Assembly: GCA_964540165.1 (NCBI GenBank) | Contig: CAZILU010000002.1 | Coordinates: forward strand, 1,790 to 65,789 | Source: an uncultured Mariniphaga sp. | Lineage (GTDB): Bacteria > Bacteroidota > Bacteroidia > Bacteroidales > Prolixibacteraceae | DNA length: 64,000 nucleotides | Direction: 5' to 3' | Shown here: positions 49,544 to 59,813 of the stretch, piece after piece | Layout: every line of letters starts with the position of its first letter | How positions within the stretch are numbered: position 1 is the first letter of the stretch | Made by a program: the position numbers and the translations under genes | The notes under the pieces: generated by a model | The model's database searches: none | Told to the model about the DNA's origin: nothing | What the model saw: only the letters and a program-made list of their open reading frames with translations

Positions 49544-50803
49544 ATGAGATTTATGCATATCTATACGGCTCTGATCTATGACAATATTAAGATTGCCTTT
49601 CAATCGGTGCGTGTGAACATGCTCCGGACGGTGTTGACGGTAATGATCATTTCGGTTGGGATAACGGCACTGATCGGTATTCTGACGGCCATTGATTCGA
49701 TCAAGAGGTCCATCACCAAAGAGTTTACTTACATGGGGACGAACACGTTTATGATTACCAGCCGTGGGATGCAGGTTCGGGTTGGAAATCAGCGTTACCG
49801 GACGAAGAATTTCAGTTATATATCTTACCACCAGGCGAAGGAGTTTCAGGACCGGTTTATTTTTCCGGCGTTAACGGCGTTGTCGGTTCATGTTTCGGGA
49901 CGTGCGACGGTTCAGTATGGCGGTGAGAAGACCCATCCGAATATTACGGTCAGGGGAATCGATTCAAATTATTTACAGACAGCCGGATTTGAGATTGACC
50001 GGGGGCGTAGTTTCAATAATTCTGAGTTGACTAACGGGCGGCCGGTGGTATTATTAGGCCGGTCTTTGGCTCAAAAGCTTTTTAAAAGCGGGGAGGATCC
50101 GTTGTTTAAGATGGTAAAGATCGGAAATGGCAGGTACCAGGTGATTGGTGTTTTAAAAAGCAAGGGGAGTGGTATGGGGGTTAGTAATGATATGCTCTGT
50201 TTTATTCCAAACAATAATGCGCGGAATGCATTTTCACAACCGGGAATGAATTTTAACATTCAGATTAAAGTTGACCGGCCCGAAACCATGGCCATGGTTA
50301 CAGGTCAGGCAGAGTCGCTGTTTCGGAATATCCGGGGGCTTTCACCTCGCGATGAAACCGATTTTAATATTGAGACCAGTGATAACCTGGTGAACATACT
50401 GCTCGAAAATATCCGGATGATAACCCTGGTAGCAACCATTATCGGATTGATCACCCTGCTGGGAGCAGCCATTGGATTAATGAATATCATGTTGGTTTCG
50501 GTGACGGAGCGGACGCGGGAGATCGGCATCCGTAAGGCTGTCGGAGCGCGCTCTGCGGCCATCCGGCAGCAGTTTCTTACGGAGGCGGTTTTGATCGGAC
50601 AGATGGGGGGTGTGGTCGGTATTGTGGCCGGTATTCTGATCGGAAATCTGGTATCGGTACTCATCAGTTCTCCCTTTGTGATTCCCTGGCACTGGATCCT
50701 GACCGGCGTGTTTATCTGCTTTATTGTCGGGATCGTTTCGGGTTACTATCCGGCCATGAAAGCCTCAAAACTCGATCCCATCGAATCGCTCAGGTATGAG
50801 TGA
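49544..50803 (+). CDS. ABC transporter permease (MacB/FtsX family)
   Basis: [49 protein letters not shown]. Confidence 0.93.
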   Translation: MRFMHIYTALIYDNIKIAFQSVRVNMLRTVLTVMIISVGITALIGILTAIDSIKRSITKEFTYMGTNTFMITSRGMQVRVGNQRYRTKNFSYISYHQAKEFQDRFIFPALTALSVHVSGRATVQYGGEKTHPNITVRGIDSNYLQTAGFEIDRGRSFNNSELTNGRPVVLLGRSLAQKLFKSGEDPLFKMVKIGNGRYQVIGVLKSKGSGMGVSNDMLCFIPNNNARNAFSQPGMNFNIQIKVDRPETMAMVTGQAESLFRNIRGLSPRDETDFNIETSDNLVNILLENIRMITLVATIIGLITLLGAAIGLMNIMLVSVTERTREIGIRKAVGARSAAIRQQFLTEAVLIGQMGGVVGIVAGILIGNLVSVLISSPFVIPWHWILTGVFICFIVGIVSGYYPAMKASKLDPIESLRYE

Positions 50804-50861
50804 TCTTTCAGTTTCTTGAAAAGAGAATGAATTTTCTTAATTTTGCTGCAAACAAGCGAAG

Positions 50862-51653
50862 ATGCGAATATCCTATTTTTTGATCACCATTCTTTTGGCT
50901 ATGGGCCTTTTTTCGTGCGGACCTTCAGCGGAGGAGCAGGCCCGGGTTATGGCTGCCCGCGCGCAGCAGTTGTTGGCAGAAGGCGACTCATTGGCGGCAG
51001 TCGGATTGCTGGACAGCATTCCGTTGTTATATCCAAAAGCAGCTTATGCTGCCAATGCGGCAAAGAACCTGGCGGGAGAGCTGCTTTTTGATATGCTTCA
51101 CCGGACCGAGGCCCGGCTCGACTCGCTGAAACAACAGATCGAACTGCTTGAGAAACCTTTTCTGCAAGAGAAGGGTGAATTTGACCGGTATATGCAATAT
51201 GTACACCGCAGGCAGAGTTTTGAGCGTTCGTGGGACCGCTCCTTCATCCGTGTTTACTTAGATGAACGGGGAGATATCTACCTGAGTAGTAACTACCATG
51301 GGGAAGCGTGGTTGAATCATACCTCGCTGCGGGTGTATGACCGTGGTGATGATGCGAAAACAGAGGTGATACCTGTCGGCGACCCTGATAACCACCGCAG
51401 CGACTTTATGGATGCCAAATGGGAGAAGGTCAGCTACCGGAATGGAAAAGACAACGGGGTGATGGCGTTTATCGCCGCACATACCGACCGGAACCTGAAG
51501 GCTGTGTTTTTAGGAAACCGGAACTACTATATTGTTCTGGAAGATTACGACAAGCAGGCGGTAAAAGAGGCACTGATCCTCTCGGCGGCATTGAAGAAAA
51601 GAGGTGTGCTCGAAGCCGAAGTGGCCTCACTGAAGAGACGGCTGGGTGTTTAG
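50862..51653 (+). CDS. Hypothetical lipoprotein
   Basis: LFSC lipobox, helical N-terminal part; TAATTTTG box at 50838. Confidence 0.7.
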   Translation: MRISYFLITILLAMGLFSCGPSAEEQARVMAARAQQLLAEGDSLAAVGLLDSIPLLYPKAAYAANAAKNLAGELLFDMLHRTEARLDSLKQQIELLEKPFLQEKGEFDRYMQYVHRRQSFERSWDRSFIRVYLDERGDIYLSSNYHGEAWLNHTSLRVYDRGDDAKTEVIPVGDPDNHRSDFMDAKWEKVSYRNGKDNGVMAFIAAHTDRNLKAVFLGNRNYYIVLEDYDKQAVKEALILSAALKKRGVLEAEVASLKRRLGV

Positions 51654-51687
51654 GTTGATGATGAGAATGTTTTCGGCTTTTTGCCGA

Positions 51688-52542
51688 TTACACCTCCAGC
51701 CTTGATTCAATCTGCCGGAGGGTTTGAAGCGCCAGGAGGTACTCATTGATTCCGGTAGTATTGATATTTTTTTTCAGCACAGCCTGTATAAAAGCATCGG
51801 TTTCATCGCCTTTTTTAAATGGTGACAGATCGATGGTCTGATGGTTGCAATGGCTGGAGCCTTTGGTCAGATTGATCTCGGTAAACTGATCAAATGCATA
51901 CGATTTAATTTTAAATTCCTGAACCTGCTCATTTTTGCCGGTATGGAATGATACCACCAGACCGTTGTCGTACTCCAATTGCAGGTTGGTATAATCTCCG
52001 CCAGCAGGTTCCGATCGATAGGCCACAGCTCTGATCTTTTTGGGTTTTGACCGGGTGACATCGGCTAACATGAGGAGCAATTGCAGCTTTTTGTTGGTTC
52101 CGAAACTCTCTTTTTCGAAGCAGAATACCTCAATGAATGCCGGTTTTTTCAGATTTCTGTTTAGCCATCGAACGGCAGGTAGGTAACTGAACGGATTGGA
52201 AAACTGCACAACCGTTTGGGCCTCATCAATGAGTTTGGCCAGGTGTGTGCACTCGTCGATGGTCAGCTCCGGGTAGGTGACGGCAAGGAAGTGTTTTGAG
52301 CGTTTCACCATATCGCACAACTGTTGAAATGGCAGCAGGGTAAACCGGTTGATGATCAGGGCATCCGCCCGCTCAATCAGCTCAATACGGTTAAACTCAG
52401 GCACAGACAGGTGGTAGTTTTCCGGCTCTGTGCGGGTGCCGACCGACGATTTTCCGGCTACATATACTTCGGAGTGCTCCATCGCCTTTTTGGCATGGTG
52501 CTCCAACGGGGGGATATCTCCTATTAATCCAAGATTCAGCAT
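51688..52542 (-). CDS. Degenerate Gfo/Idh/MocA-fold protein
   Basis: Family-like layout (LIERADALI, VQFSNPFSY, LQLEYDNGLV) without GxGxxG or EKP; TATATTTG box 4 bp before the ATG. Confidence 0.55.
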   Translation of the reverse strand: MLNLGLIGDIPPLEHHAKKAMEHSEVYVAGKSSVGTRTEPENYHLSVPEFNRIELIERADALIINRFTLLPFQQLCDMVKRSKHFLAVTYPELTIDECTHLAKLIDEAQTVVQFSNPFSYLPAVRWLNRNLKKPAFIEVFCFEKESFGTNKKLQLLLMLADVTRSKPKKIRAVAYRSEPAGGDYTNLQLEYDNGLVVSFHTGKNEQVQEFKIKSYAFDQFTEINLTKGSSHCNHQTIDLSPFKKGDETDAFIQAVLKKNINTTGINEYLLALQTLRQIESRLEV

Positions 52543-52675
52543 ATCACAAATATAAAACTCCGGATGGGACTTTTCTTTCTATACGCTGCGAACTTATCAA
52601 CTTAAAATGTTAATATTGTCCGTAACGTTTAAAAAGTAACCGGCAAGATTGCTGCATTGAAAAACAGAGTATTGT

Positions 52676-53329
52676 ATGGTAGAGAAAGAGAGTCCCAGGC
52701 ATCAGGGAATGAGAAAACGGCTGGTGGATGGCTTAAAAATTAAGGGAATTCGGGATGAAAAAGTGCTGGCTGCCCTCGGAAAAGTGCCCCGACACCTTTT
52801 TATGGAGAGCTCTTTTATTAATTTTGCCTACAAAGATCAGGCATTTCCAATCGGGGCCGGACAAACCATCTCTCAACCGTTTACGGTTGCCTTTCAGAGT
52901 GCGTTGTTGCAGGTATGTAAGAACGATAAAATTCTGGAGGTGGGCACCGGATCGGGGTACCAGGCGGCTGTGCTGACAGAGATGGGTGCCAGGGTGTTCA
53001 CCATCGAACGGCAGAAAGAGCTGTTTCAGAAGACCCAGGCTTTTTTGCGTGAGATCGGGTACTTCCCCGCCTGTTTTTTTGGCGATGGCTATGAAGGATT
53101 GCCGGCCTTTGCACCGTTCGATAAGATCATCGTCACTGCCGGCGCTCCATCCATCCCGCCGTTGCTGAAAGAACAGCTCCGGATTGGCGGAAGGCTGGTC
53201 ATTCCGGTGGGCACCGAAACACATCAGGAGATGATCGTAGTGATTCGGGAGAGTGAAAATAGTTTTACCGTTGAAAAGCATGGGGGCTTTGCTTTCGTAC
53301 CCCTCTTAAAAGGTGTTGTAACCAGTTAG
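52676..53329 (+). CDS. pcm: Protein-L-isoaspartate O-methyltransferase
   Basis: VPRHLF, GQTISQP, LEVGTGSGYQ, APFDKIIVTAGA, FVPL. Confidence 0.96.
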   Translation: MVEKESPRHQGMRKRLVDGLKIKGIRDEKVLAALGKVPRHLFMESSFINFAYKDQAFPIGAGQTISQPFTVAFQSALLQVCKNDKILEVGTGSGYQAAVLTEMGARVFTIERQKELFQKTQAFLREIGYFPACFFGDGYEGLPAFAPFDKIIVTAGAPSIPPLLKEQLRIGGRLVIPVGTETHQEMIVVIRESENSFTVEKHGGFAFVPLLKGVVTS

Positions 53330-53332
53330 CGG

Positions 53333-53971
53333 ATGTTAAAAATAGAGAAATTTACCGTGAATCCCTTGGGAGAGAATAGCCTGGTGCTTTCGGATGAAAC
53401 CGGCGAATGCATTTTGGTAGATCCGGGATTTTATTCCGAAGCGGAATGCAAAAGGGTTGTCAGATATTTGGATGAGAATCGGTTAAAACCGATCTGTATT
53501 GCTAATACTCATGGTCATTTCGACCATGTGATGGGCGTTGGTTTCTTAAAGGAGAGATACGATTTGCCATTCTACCTGCACGGGAACGATTTTTTTTTGG
53601 TGGAACAGGCGTTGGACCATGCCATGATGTTTGGTTTCGACATGGAGCCGGTGCCGATGCCCGATGACGAGTTTCCGGAGGAGGGATTATTGCGGTTTGG
53701 AAATACCACGCTGCAGGTGATTCCGGTGCCGGGGCACGCTCCGGGGCATGTGGTTTTCTATTGCGAGGCAGCGAAAATTCTCATAGCCGGTGATGTTCTC
53801 TTCCGCGGCAGCATCGGACGGACCGACCTGGCAGGCGGCAACTATGAGACCCTGATCGAGGGAATTAAAAGCCGCCTTTTTTGCCTGCCGGATGATACCG
53901 TGGTCTATTGTGGTCACGGTCCGGAAACTACCCTGGGCCATGAAAAGGCGACCAATCCCTTTTTAGCCTGA
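53333..53971 (+). CDS. MBL-fold metallohydrolase (glyoxalase II-like)
   Basis: THGHFDH, PGHAPG, GDVLF, GRTDL, GHG. Confidence 0.93.
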   Translation: MLKIEKFTVNPLGENSLVLSDETGECILVDPGFYSEAECKRVVRYLDENRLKPICIANTHGHFDHVMGVGFLKERYDLPFYLHGNDFFLVEQALDHAMMFGFDMEPVPMPDDEFPEEGLLRFGNTTLQVIPVPGHAPGHVVFYCEAAKILIAGDVLFRGSIGRTDLAGGNYETLIEGIKSRLFCLPDDTVVYCGHGPETTLGHEKATNPFLA

Positions 53972-54046
53972 TCCCGAATCCGGTCTGAATTCATAGAATA
54001 CCTGATTCATAATAAGAATACGTATATATAACCATAAAAATTAGCT

Positions 54047-56914
54047 GTGATGTCTCACGATCGATTTGTTAACCGTCATATTGGTCCCCGCGAAGAGGAG
54101 ATCAGAGAGATGTTGAAAACCATTGGTGTTGCTACGCTGGATGAGCTGACAGACCAGGCAGTGCCCAAAAGTATCCGGATGGAGGAGCCTCTGAAGATTG
54201 GCAAGGGGATGACCGAGCGGCGATACTATCGGCGGATTCTGAGCCTGGCATCCAGGAACAAGGTGTTTAACACCTACATAGGTATGGGCTATTACGATAC
54301 CATCACCCCCGCGGTAATCCTCCGCAATGTGTTGGAGAATCCCGTTTGGTACACCTCATATACCCCTTACCAGGCGGAGATCTCGCAAGGGCGCCTCGAG
54401 GCTTTGCTTAATTTTCAAACCATGGTTTGTGAGTTGACGGCCATGGAGTTAGCCAATGCTTCGCTGTTGGATGAGGCAACGGCTGCTGCCGAGGCAATGG
54501 TTATGATGTTCAATCTCCGTACCCGGCAAATGGTAAAGGATGGTGCCAACCAACTGCTGGTCGATGAGAAGATCTGGCCTCAGACCCTGGATGTTCTTAC
54601 TACCCGCGCTACTCCTTATGGCATCGATCTGAGGGTTGGACCCATGGAGGCTTTCGACTATTCGGAGGCTACATTCGGTGTTATCGTACCGTATCCCAAC
54701 GCCGACGGGGAGGTTGTTGACTGCTCCAACGTTGTGGAGCAGGCTCATGCGCGGGGGATCAGGGTGGCTGTTGCGGCCGATCTGCTCTCCCTGGCGTTAC
54801 TGGTTCCTCCCGGCAGGTGGGGCGCCGATATCGTCTTTGGCAACAGCCAGCGCTTTGGCGTACCCATGGGGTATGGCGGTCCGCATGCCGCTTTCTTTGC
54901 TGCCCGGGAGGAGTTCAAGCGACAGATGCCCGGTCGCATCATCGGCGTTACCCGCGATGTGCATGGCAACCAGGCCCTGCGCATGGCTTTGCAAACCAGA
55001 GAGCAGCATATCAAACGCGATAAGGCAACATCCAATATCTGCACTGCCCAGGCACTGCTGGCTACAATGGCCGGTTTTTTTGCCGTTTACCATGGAGCCG
55101 AAGGTATTCAGACCATCGCCCGGCGGATTCATAACATCGCTGCTTTTTTAGCGGAAGAGATTGAAAAGATGGGGTACCGGCAACGCAACAGGAATTATTT
55201 CGATACCATCCGTTTTTCCCTGCCCAAAAATGTAAAACGGGAAGATATCGAGTGGCTGTCGATCGAGCGGGAGATGAACTTCCGGTATTTTGAAAACGGG
55301 GAGGTTGGACTGAGCATTGATGAGACTACGAACCGCGAAGATATGACCTGGATATTAGAGGTGTTTGCGCGGGCAGCAAACCTGCCCTGGCAGCCGGTTG
55401 AAATCTATCCTCAGGGCTTTCCAATCGATGAAAAGTTCGCACGGAAAACGCCCTTTATGACGCAGGAGGTCTTTAATCGCTACCGGTCGGAAACGGAGAT
55501 GGTCCGGTATATCAAACGATTGGAGCATAAGGATATATCGCTGACTCATTCGATGATATCTCTGGGCTCCTGCACGATGAAGCTGAATGCCGCTACCGAG
55601 ATGTTGCCGCTGAGCTGGATTGAGTTTAACGGATTACACCCGTTTGTTCCAAAGAACCAGGCACGGGGTTACCATGAGATGATGGAAGAGCTTCGTCGCG
55701 ATCTTGCTGAGATCACCGGCATGGCCGATGTTAGCCTGATGCCCAACTCAGGCGCTGCCGGTGAGTATGCCGGACTGATGGTGATCCGGGCCTTTCATGA
55801 GAGCCGGGGCGACAGCGGGCGCGATGTGGTGCTGATCCCTTCCTCTGCTCATGGTACCAATCCCGCCAGCGCTGTGATGGCCGGCATGCAGGTCGTTGTT
55901 GTTGGTTGCGATTCCAATGGCAACATTGATGTCGCCGACCTGAAGGCTAAAGCCGGAGAGCATCAGGAGAAACTGGCTGCGCTGATGGTGACCTACCCCT
56001 CGACACACGGGGTGTTTGAGTCGTCGATCGCAGAGATGTGCCGGATCATACATGAGCATGGCGGACAGGTATATATGGACGGAGCCAATATGAATGCCCA
56101 GGTGGGGCTGACCTCGCCGGGACGGGTGGGTGCCGATGTGTGCCACCTGAACCTGCACAAGACCTTTGCCATACCCCACGGGGGAGGCGGGCCGGGTGTC
56201 GGGCCTATCGCCGTGGCCGGCCACCTGGTGAAGTTCCTGCCCTCGCATCCCGTTATGAACAACGGCCATGTGGGAATTACCGCCGTTGCTGCTGCCCCCT
56301 GGGGAAGCGCTTCGGTGCTGCCTATCACCTATGGTTACATCAAAATGATGGGAGCCGAAGGACTAACGCAAGCCTCCCGCGTAGCGATCCTGAACGCCAA
56401 CTATATGGCTAAAGCGTTAGAGCGTAACTACGGTGTTCTCTATACCGGCGAAACGGGACGCGTAGCTCATGAACTGATCCTGGAGTGCCGCCACCTGAAA
56501 GCTTCATCTGGCATCAGCGAAGAGGATATCGCTAAACGGTTGATGGACTATGGATTCCATGCTCCTACCCTCTCATTCCCGGTGCATGGGACGCTGATGG
56601 TTGAGCCGACCGAGAGCGAGTCGAAAGCGGAAATTGACCGGTTCATCGAGGCAATGAACACCATCTATGAGGAGATCAAAGCGGTGGAGCGGGGCGAAGC
56701 TGACCGGAACGATAATGTGCTGAAAAATGCGCCCCATACCGCATTTGAGGTGACGGCCGATCGCTGGAGCCATCCCTACTCAAGAGAGAAAGCCGCATGG
56801 CCGCTGCCATGGGTGCGGGAGAATAAGTTCTGGGTGCCTGTAGGCCGGGTCGATAACGCCTGGGGAGACCGAAATCTCGTTTGTACCTGCGGAAGACCAG
56901 AGGATTATGAGTAA
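54047..56914 (+). CDS. gcvP: Glycine dehydrogenase (decarboxylating), P-protein
   Basis: YTPYQAEISQGRLE, TSNICTAQ, LGSCTMK, HLNLHKTF PLP lysine. Confidence 0.98.
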   Translation: MMSHDRFVNRHIGPREEEIREMLKTIGVATLDELTDQAVPKSIRMEEPLKIGKGMTERRYYRRILSLASRNKVFNTYIGMGYYDTITPAVILRNVLENPVWYTSYTPYQAEISQGRLEALLNFQTMVCELTAMELANASLLDEATAAAEAMVMMFNLRTRQMVKDGANQLLVDEKIWPQTLDVLTTRATPYGIDLRVGPMEAFDYSEATFGVIVPYPNADGEVVDCSNVVEQAHARGIRVAVAADLLSLALLVPPGRWGADIVFGNSQRFGVPMGYGGPHAAFFAAREEFKRQMPGRIIGVTRDVHGNQALRMALQTREQHIKRDKATSNICTAQALLATMAGFFAVYHGAEGIQTIARRIHNIAAFLAEEIEKMGYRQRNRNYFDTIRFSLPKNVKREDIEWLSIEREMNFRYFENGEVGLSIDETTNREDMTWILEVFARAANLPWQPVEIYPQGFPIDEKFARKTPFMTQEVFNRYRSETEMVRYIKRLEHKDISLTHSMISLGSCTMKLNAATEMLPLSWIEFNGLHPFVPKNQARGYHEMMEELRRDLAEITGMADVSLMPNSGAAGEYAGLMVIRAFHESRGDSGRDVVLIPSSAHGTNPASAVMAGMQVVVVGCDSNGNIDVADLKAKAGEHQEKLAALMVTYPSTHGVFESSIAEMCRIIHEHGGQVYMDGANMNAQVGLTSPGRVGADVCHLNLHKTFAIPHGGGGPGVGPIAVAGHLVKFLPSHPVMNNGHVGITAVAAAPWGSASVLPITYGYIKMMGAEGLTQASRVAILNANYMAKALERNYGVLYTGETGRVAHELILECRHLKASSGISEEDIAKRLMDYGFHAPTLSFPVHGTLMVEPTESESKAEIDRFIEAMNTIYEEIKAVERGEADRNDNVLKNAPHTAFEVTADRWSHPYSREKAAWPLPWVRENKFWVPVGRVDNAWGDRNLVCTCGRPEDYE

Positions 56915-56935
56915 GAGGCCGGATGATGTCGGGAG

Positions 56936-57019
56936 GAAAGTAAAAAGGCAAAAGTTAAAAGTTAAAAGTAAAAAGGGAAGAGGGGAAAGGTAAAAGGTAA
57001 AAGGTAAAAGGCAAAAGGA
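56936..57019 (+). repeat. Purine-rich heptamer tandem tract, 12 units of about AAAAG(G/T)N
   Basis: GAAAGTA AAAAGGC AAAAGTT AAAAGTT AAAAGTA AAAAGGG AAGAGGG GAAAGGT AAAAGGT AAAAGGT AAAAGGC AAAAGGA, all in register. Confidence 0.9.
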
Positions 57020-57049
57020 GAGGAGGTTTTTCGTAGGGCGAATTTTTTT

Positions 57050-57170
57050 GAACCTCCGGAGGGGGTTCCATATTTATAGGGAGAGAATGAAGAAGAACCT
57101 CCGGAGGGGGTTCCATATTTATCGGTAGAGATTGAAAAAGAACCTCCGGAGGGGGTTCTATATTTATAGG
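57050..57170. repeat. REP-like array, three units with 45-bp period
   Basis: GAACCTCCGGAGGGGGTTC(C/T)ATATTTAT(A/C)GG at 57050, 57095 and 57140. Confidence 0.92.
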
Positions 57171-57193
57171 ATGTGATTGTTAAAAATTATTTT

Positions 57194-57997
57194 ATGATTG
57201 TATTTCCCAATGCAAAAATAAATATTGGCCTGTTCATAACCGAACGGCGAGCCGATGGGTACCACAACCTCGAAACGGTCTTTATGCCGGTTCCGCTGAC
57301 CGATGCATTGGAGATGGCAGAGACCGGCAGGTCAGGCATATCCCTCACCGGAATCGCTGTGGAAGGGGACCCGGAAGATAACCTGGTGCTGAAGGCATAC
57401 GCTCTGCTGAAAGCTGAATATCAACTGCCTCCGGTGCAGTTCCATCTGCATAAGGTCATTCCTCCCGGCTCAGGACTGGGCGGGGGATCAGCCGATGCCG
57501 CATTTACCCTCCGGATGCTTAACGACTACTTCGATCTGGGTATTTCACCCGATCTGCTGCGCAGCTATGCCGCACGGCTGGGGGCCGACTGCCCCTTTTT
57601 CATCGATAACCAGCCGGCTTTTGCAACGGGAATTGGCGACCAGCTGACATCCATTAACATCGACCTCTCTGAATATCACCTGGTAGTTGTGAAACCTCCA
57701 TTGGCCGTTACCACACGTGACGCCTACCGAAATGTTAATCCGGCACCGGCCCCTTTTTCTCTGAAAATGCTGGGCCAAATCCCTGTGACGGAGTGGAAAG
57801 ATCAGGTGAAGAATGATTTCGAAGCCTCCATATTTCCTGAATTTCCTGAAATTGCTCAATGGAAGCAAATCCTCTACGACCTGGGTGCGGTCTACGCCGC
57901 TATGTCGGGCAGCGGTTCGGCTCTGTTTGCCTTGTTTCACCAACGACCTTCCATGTTGGAAAATAAAATACCAAAAAGTCTTTTATTAATCGGTTAA
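57194..57997 (+). CDS. ispE: 4-diphosphocytidyl-2-C-methyl-D-erythritol kinase
   Basis: PNAKINIGL, GYHNLET, GSGLGGGSAD, LGADCPFF, MSGSGS. Confidence 0.97.
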   Translation: MIVFPNAKINIGLFITERRADGYHNLETVFMPVPLTDALEMAETGRSGISLTGIAVEGDPEDNLVLKAYALLKAEYQLPPVQFHLHKVIPPGSGLGGGSADAAFTLRMLNDYFDLGISPDLLRSYAARLGADCPFFIDNQPAFATGIGDQLTSINIDLSEYHLVVVKPPLAVTTRDAYRNVNPAPAPFSLKMLGQIPVTEWKDQVKNDFEASIFPEFPEIAQWKQILYDLGAVYAAMSGSGSALFALFHQRPSMLENKIPKSLLLIG

Positions 57998-58134
57998 AAT
58001 CTTCCATTTACCGAAAAATGCCCTCTTTCAGCAGAATTTTCATTCTTTTTAACAGAAAGAGGTGTAACCTTTGTACTGTTTTTGGGTCTATCTTAGAAAC
58101 CATATTGAAAACAGAACGAAAAGAGAAAGAAAAA

Positions 58135-58578
58135 ATGGAAACAATGAAATTTCGAATAAAAAGGATGGTGCTGGCTGCATTTCTGGTAACGGTTTTAGCC
58201 GTTGGAAATGTCGAAGCCAAAGGGTTAAAGATGCATCGTGCCTCAAGCCTTGAAAATGTTAAGGAGGCAAAAGTTCATCTCGAAGAGTGGATGGTTAGCG
58301 ACCGTTACTGGCATCGGAATGATGTTGGTTATGCGATGGTTGCTGAGAGAGACGAGGTGTTGGCGTTAGCGCCCTGGATGTTGGATGTAGCCGGTTGGAA
58401 CCGTCTGGTGCCTGTCGAAGTGCTGATGACGGAGATCGAGGTTCCGGTAGCGCTGGCAGATTGGATGCTCGATGTTCGGGGGTGGATACAAAGCACTGAT
58501 ATGAAAGATATGGTGTTCGTTGGTGAATATCGTCAGGGGTTAGAGGCGTGGATGGTTGATCAACAGTTTTGGAATTAG
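58135..58578 (+). CDS. Secreted hypothetical protein with four 29-aa LxxWMxxxxxW repeats
   Basis: Signal peptide ending NVEA; LEEWM, LAPWM, LADWM, LEAWM at an exact 29-residue period. Confidence 0.75.
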   Translation: METMKFRIKRMVLAAFLVTVLAVGNVEAKGLKMHRASSLENVKEAKVHLEEWMVSDRYWHRNDVGYAMVAERDEVLALAPWMLDVAGWNRLVPVEVLMTEIEVPVALADWMLDVRGWIQSTDMKDMVFVGEYRQGLEAWMVDQQFWN

Positions 58579-58610
58579 GAGAAAAGGAGATAGCGTTTTA
58601 TTATTGGCAG

Positions 58611-58648
58611 GGATTCCATCAGGCAAAAATGATGGAATCCTTTTTTTT
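58611..58648 (+). terminator. Intrinsic terminator
   Basis: GGATTCCATCA/TGATGGAATCC stem followed by T8. Confidence 0.85.
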
Positions 58649-58794
58649 ATAGGCTGTGTTTCAAATTTTTTTAACGCGATAATTATTTACGGAACCAGAA
58701 CGAATCCGATTCATTTTTAATCGATGTTTATGAGGATTATATTTATCGGGCTCGTTTTGTATATTTGTTTGCATTGAGCTCAAAGGATTTTCTT

Positions 58795-59793
58795 ATGCGT
58801 TGGATAAAATTGGGGAGTATTGGGGCGATACTGCTGTTGGTGATGCCGGTATACAAAAGCATTGCCCAGGATGTCTCCTTTTCCCAGTTTTTCTCCAATC
58901 CGGTATGGCTCAATCCTGCTTTTGCCGGCTCCCTGGAGGTTCCCCGGCTAACGGTCCATTCCCGTAATCAGTGGTATGGCTTCGGGAGTCCTTACAAGAG
59001 CTACAGTTTAGGTGTCGATCTGGCGGTTTCTGAGCTGCGGGGCGGACTGGGTTTTTTTTTAATGAACGATGTGCAGGGGGAGGGTTTTTTTCAGACGCTG
59101 CAGATGCAGGCGGCCTGGTCGGTGTTTGTGCCGGTGAGTGACCGGTATCAGTTGCAGGGTGCTCTTCAGGGTGGAATTGGCCGGCATGCGTTGCAACCCG
59201 GCAAGCTGGTGTTTCCCGACAATTTGGATCCGGTGTATGGTCAACACGGGATCTCCGGAGAGTTTGCCGGTTTTGGTGACACTGACTTCATCTATGCCGA
59301 CTTGTCGGCCGGGATCCTGCTTTTTAGTCCTACGGTTTATGGCGGCGTGGCTCTGCATCACATCAACGAGCCGCGTTTCTCATTTTCAGGGCGTGGCGAG
59401 GGGGAGCAGTTGCCACGCAAATTCACAGCCCATTTTGGTGCCCGGCTTCCGGTATACCTTTACGGTCATCAGCGCAAGAAGTTTGACATCTCTCCCCAGC
59501 TGTTGATTCAGTCGCAGCATCGCTATCTTCAGCTTAGTTACGGCATGTTGTTGTCTATGAAGGGATTGGAGGCGGGTATGTGGTTCCGGCAGAACAACCG
59601 CTTACGGTACGATGCGCTCATTCTGATGGTTGGTTTTGCCCGCAACCGGTGGCAGATCGCCTACAGTTACGACATCACCGTTTCAGGTCTTTGGGGAAGT
59701 GCCGGTGGAACCAGTGAGATCAGCCTCAGCTTTTTACTGAAACCGATGGAACGAGGGAGGCACCTGCCCTTCTATCATGTGTATGAGGAGTAA
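58795..59793 (+). CDS. PorP/SprF family T9SS outer-membrane protein
   Basis: AQDVSFSQF, NPAFAG, RNQW, HINEP, IAYSYD, GTSEISL; TATATTTG box at 58760. Confidence 0.92.
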   Translation: MRWIKLGSIGAILLLVMPVYKSIAQDVSFSQFFSNPVWLNPAFAGSLEVPRLTVHSRNQWYGFGSPYKSYSLGVDLAVSELRGGLGFFLMNDVQGEGFFQTLQMQAAWSVFVPVSDRYQLQGALQGGIGRHALQPGKLVFPDNLDPVYGQHGISGEFAGFGDTDFIYADLSAGILLFSPTVYGGVALHHINEPRFSFSGRGEGEQLPRKFTAHFGARLPVYLYGHQRKKFDISPQLLIQSQHRYLQLSYGMLLSMKGLEAGMWFRQNNRLRYDALILMVGFARNRWQIAYSYDITVSGLWGSAGGTSEISLSFLLKPMERGRHLPFYHVYEE

Positions 59794-59813
59794 CCGGAAA
59801 CCGATGCAACCGG

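Noticed and set aside
57050-57170. CRISPR array
   Set aside because: Only three units, with 14-bp linkers that resemble each other; no cas genes; a solitary copy occurs elsewhere. Fits REP better.
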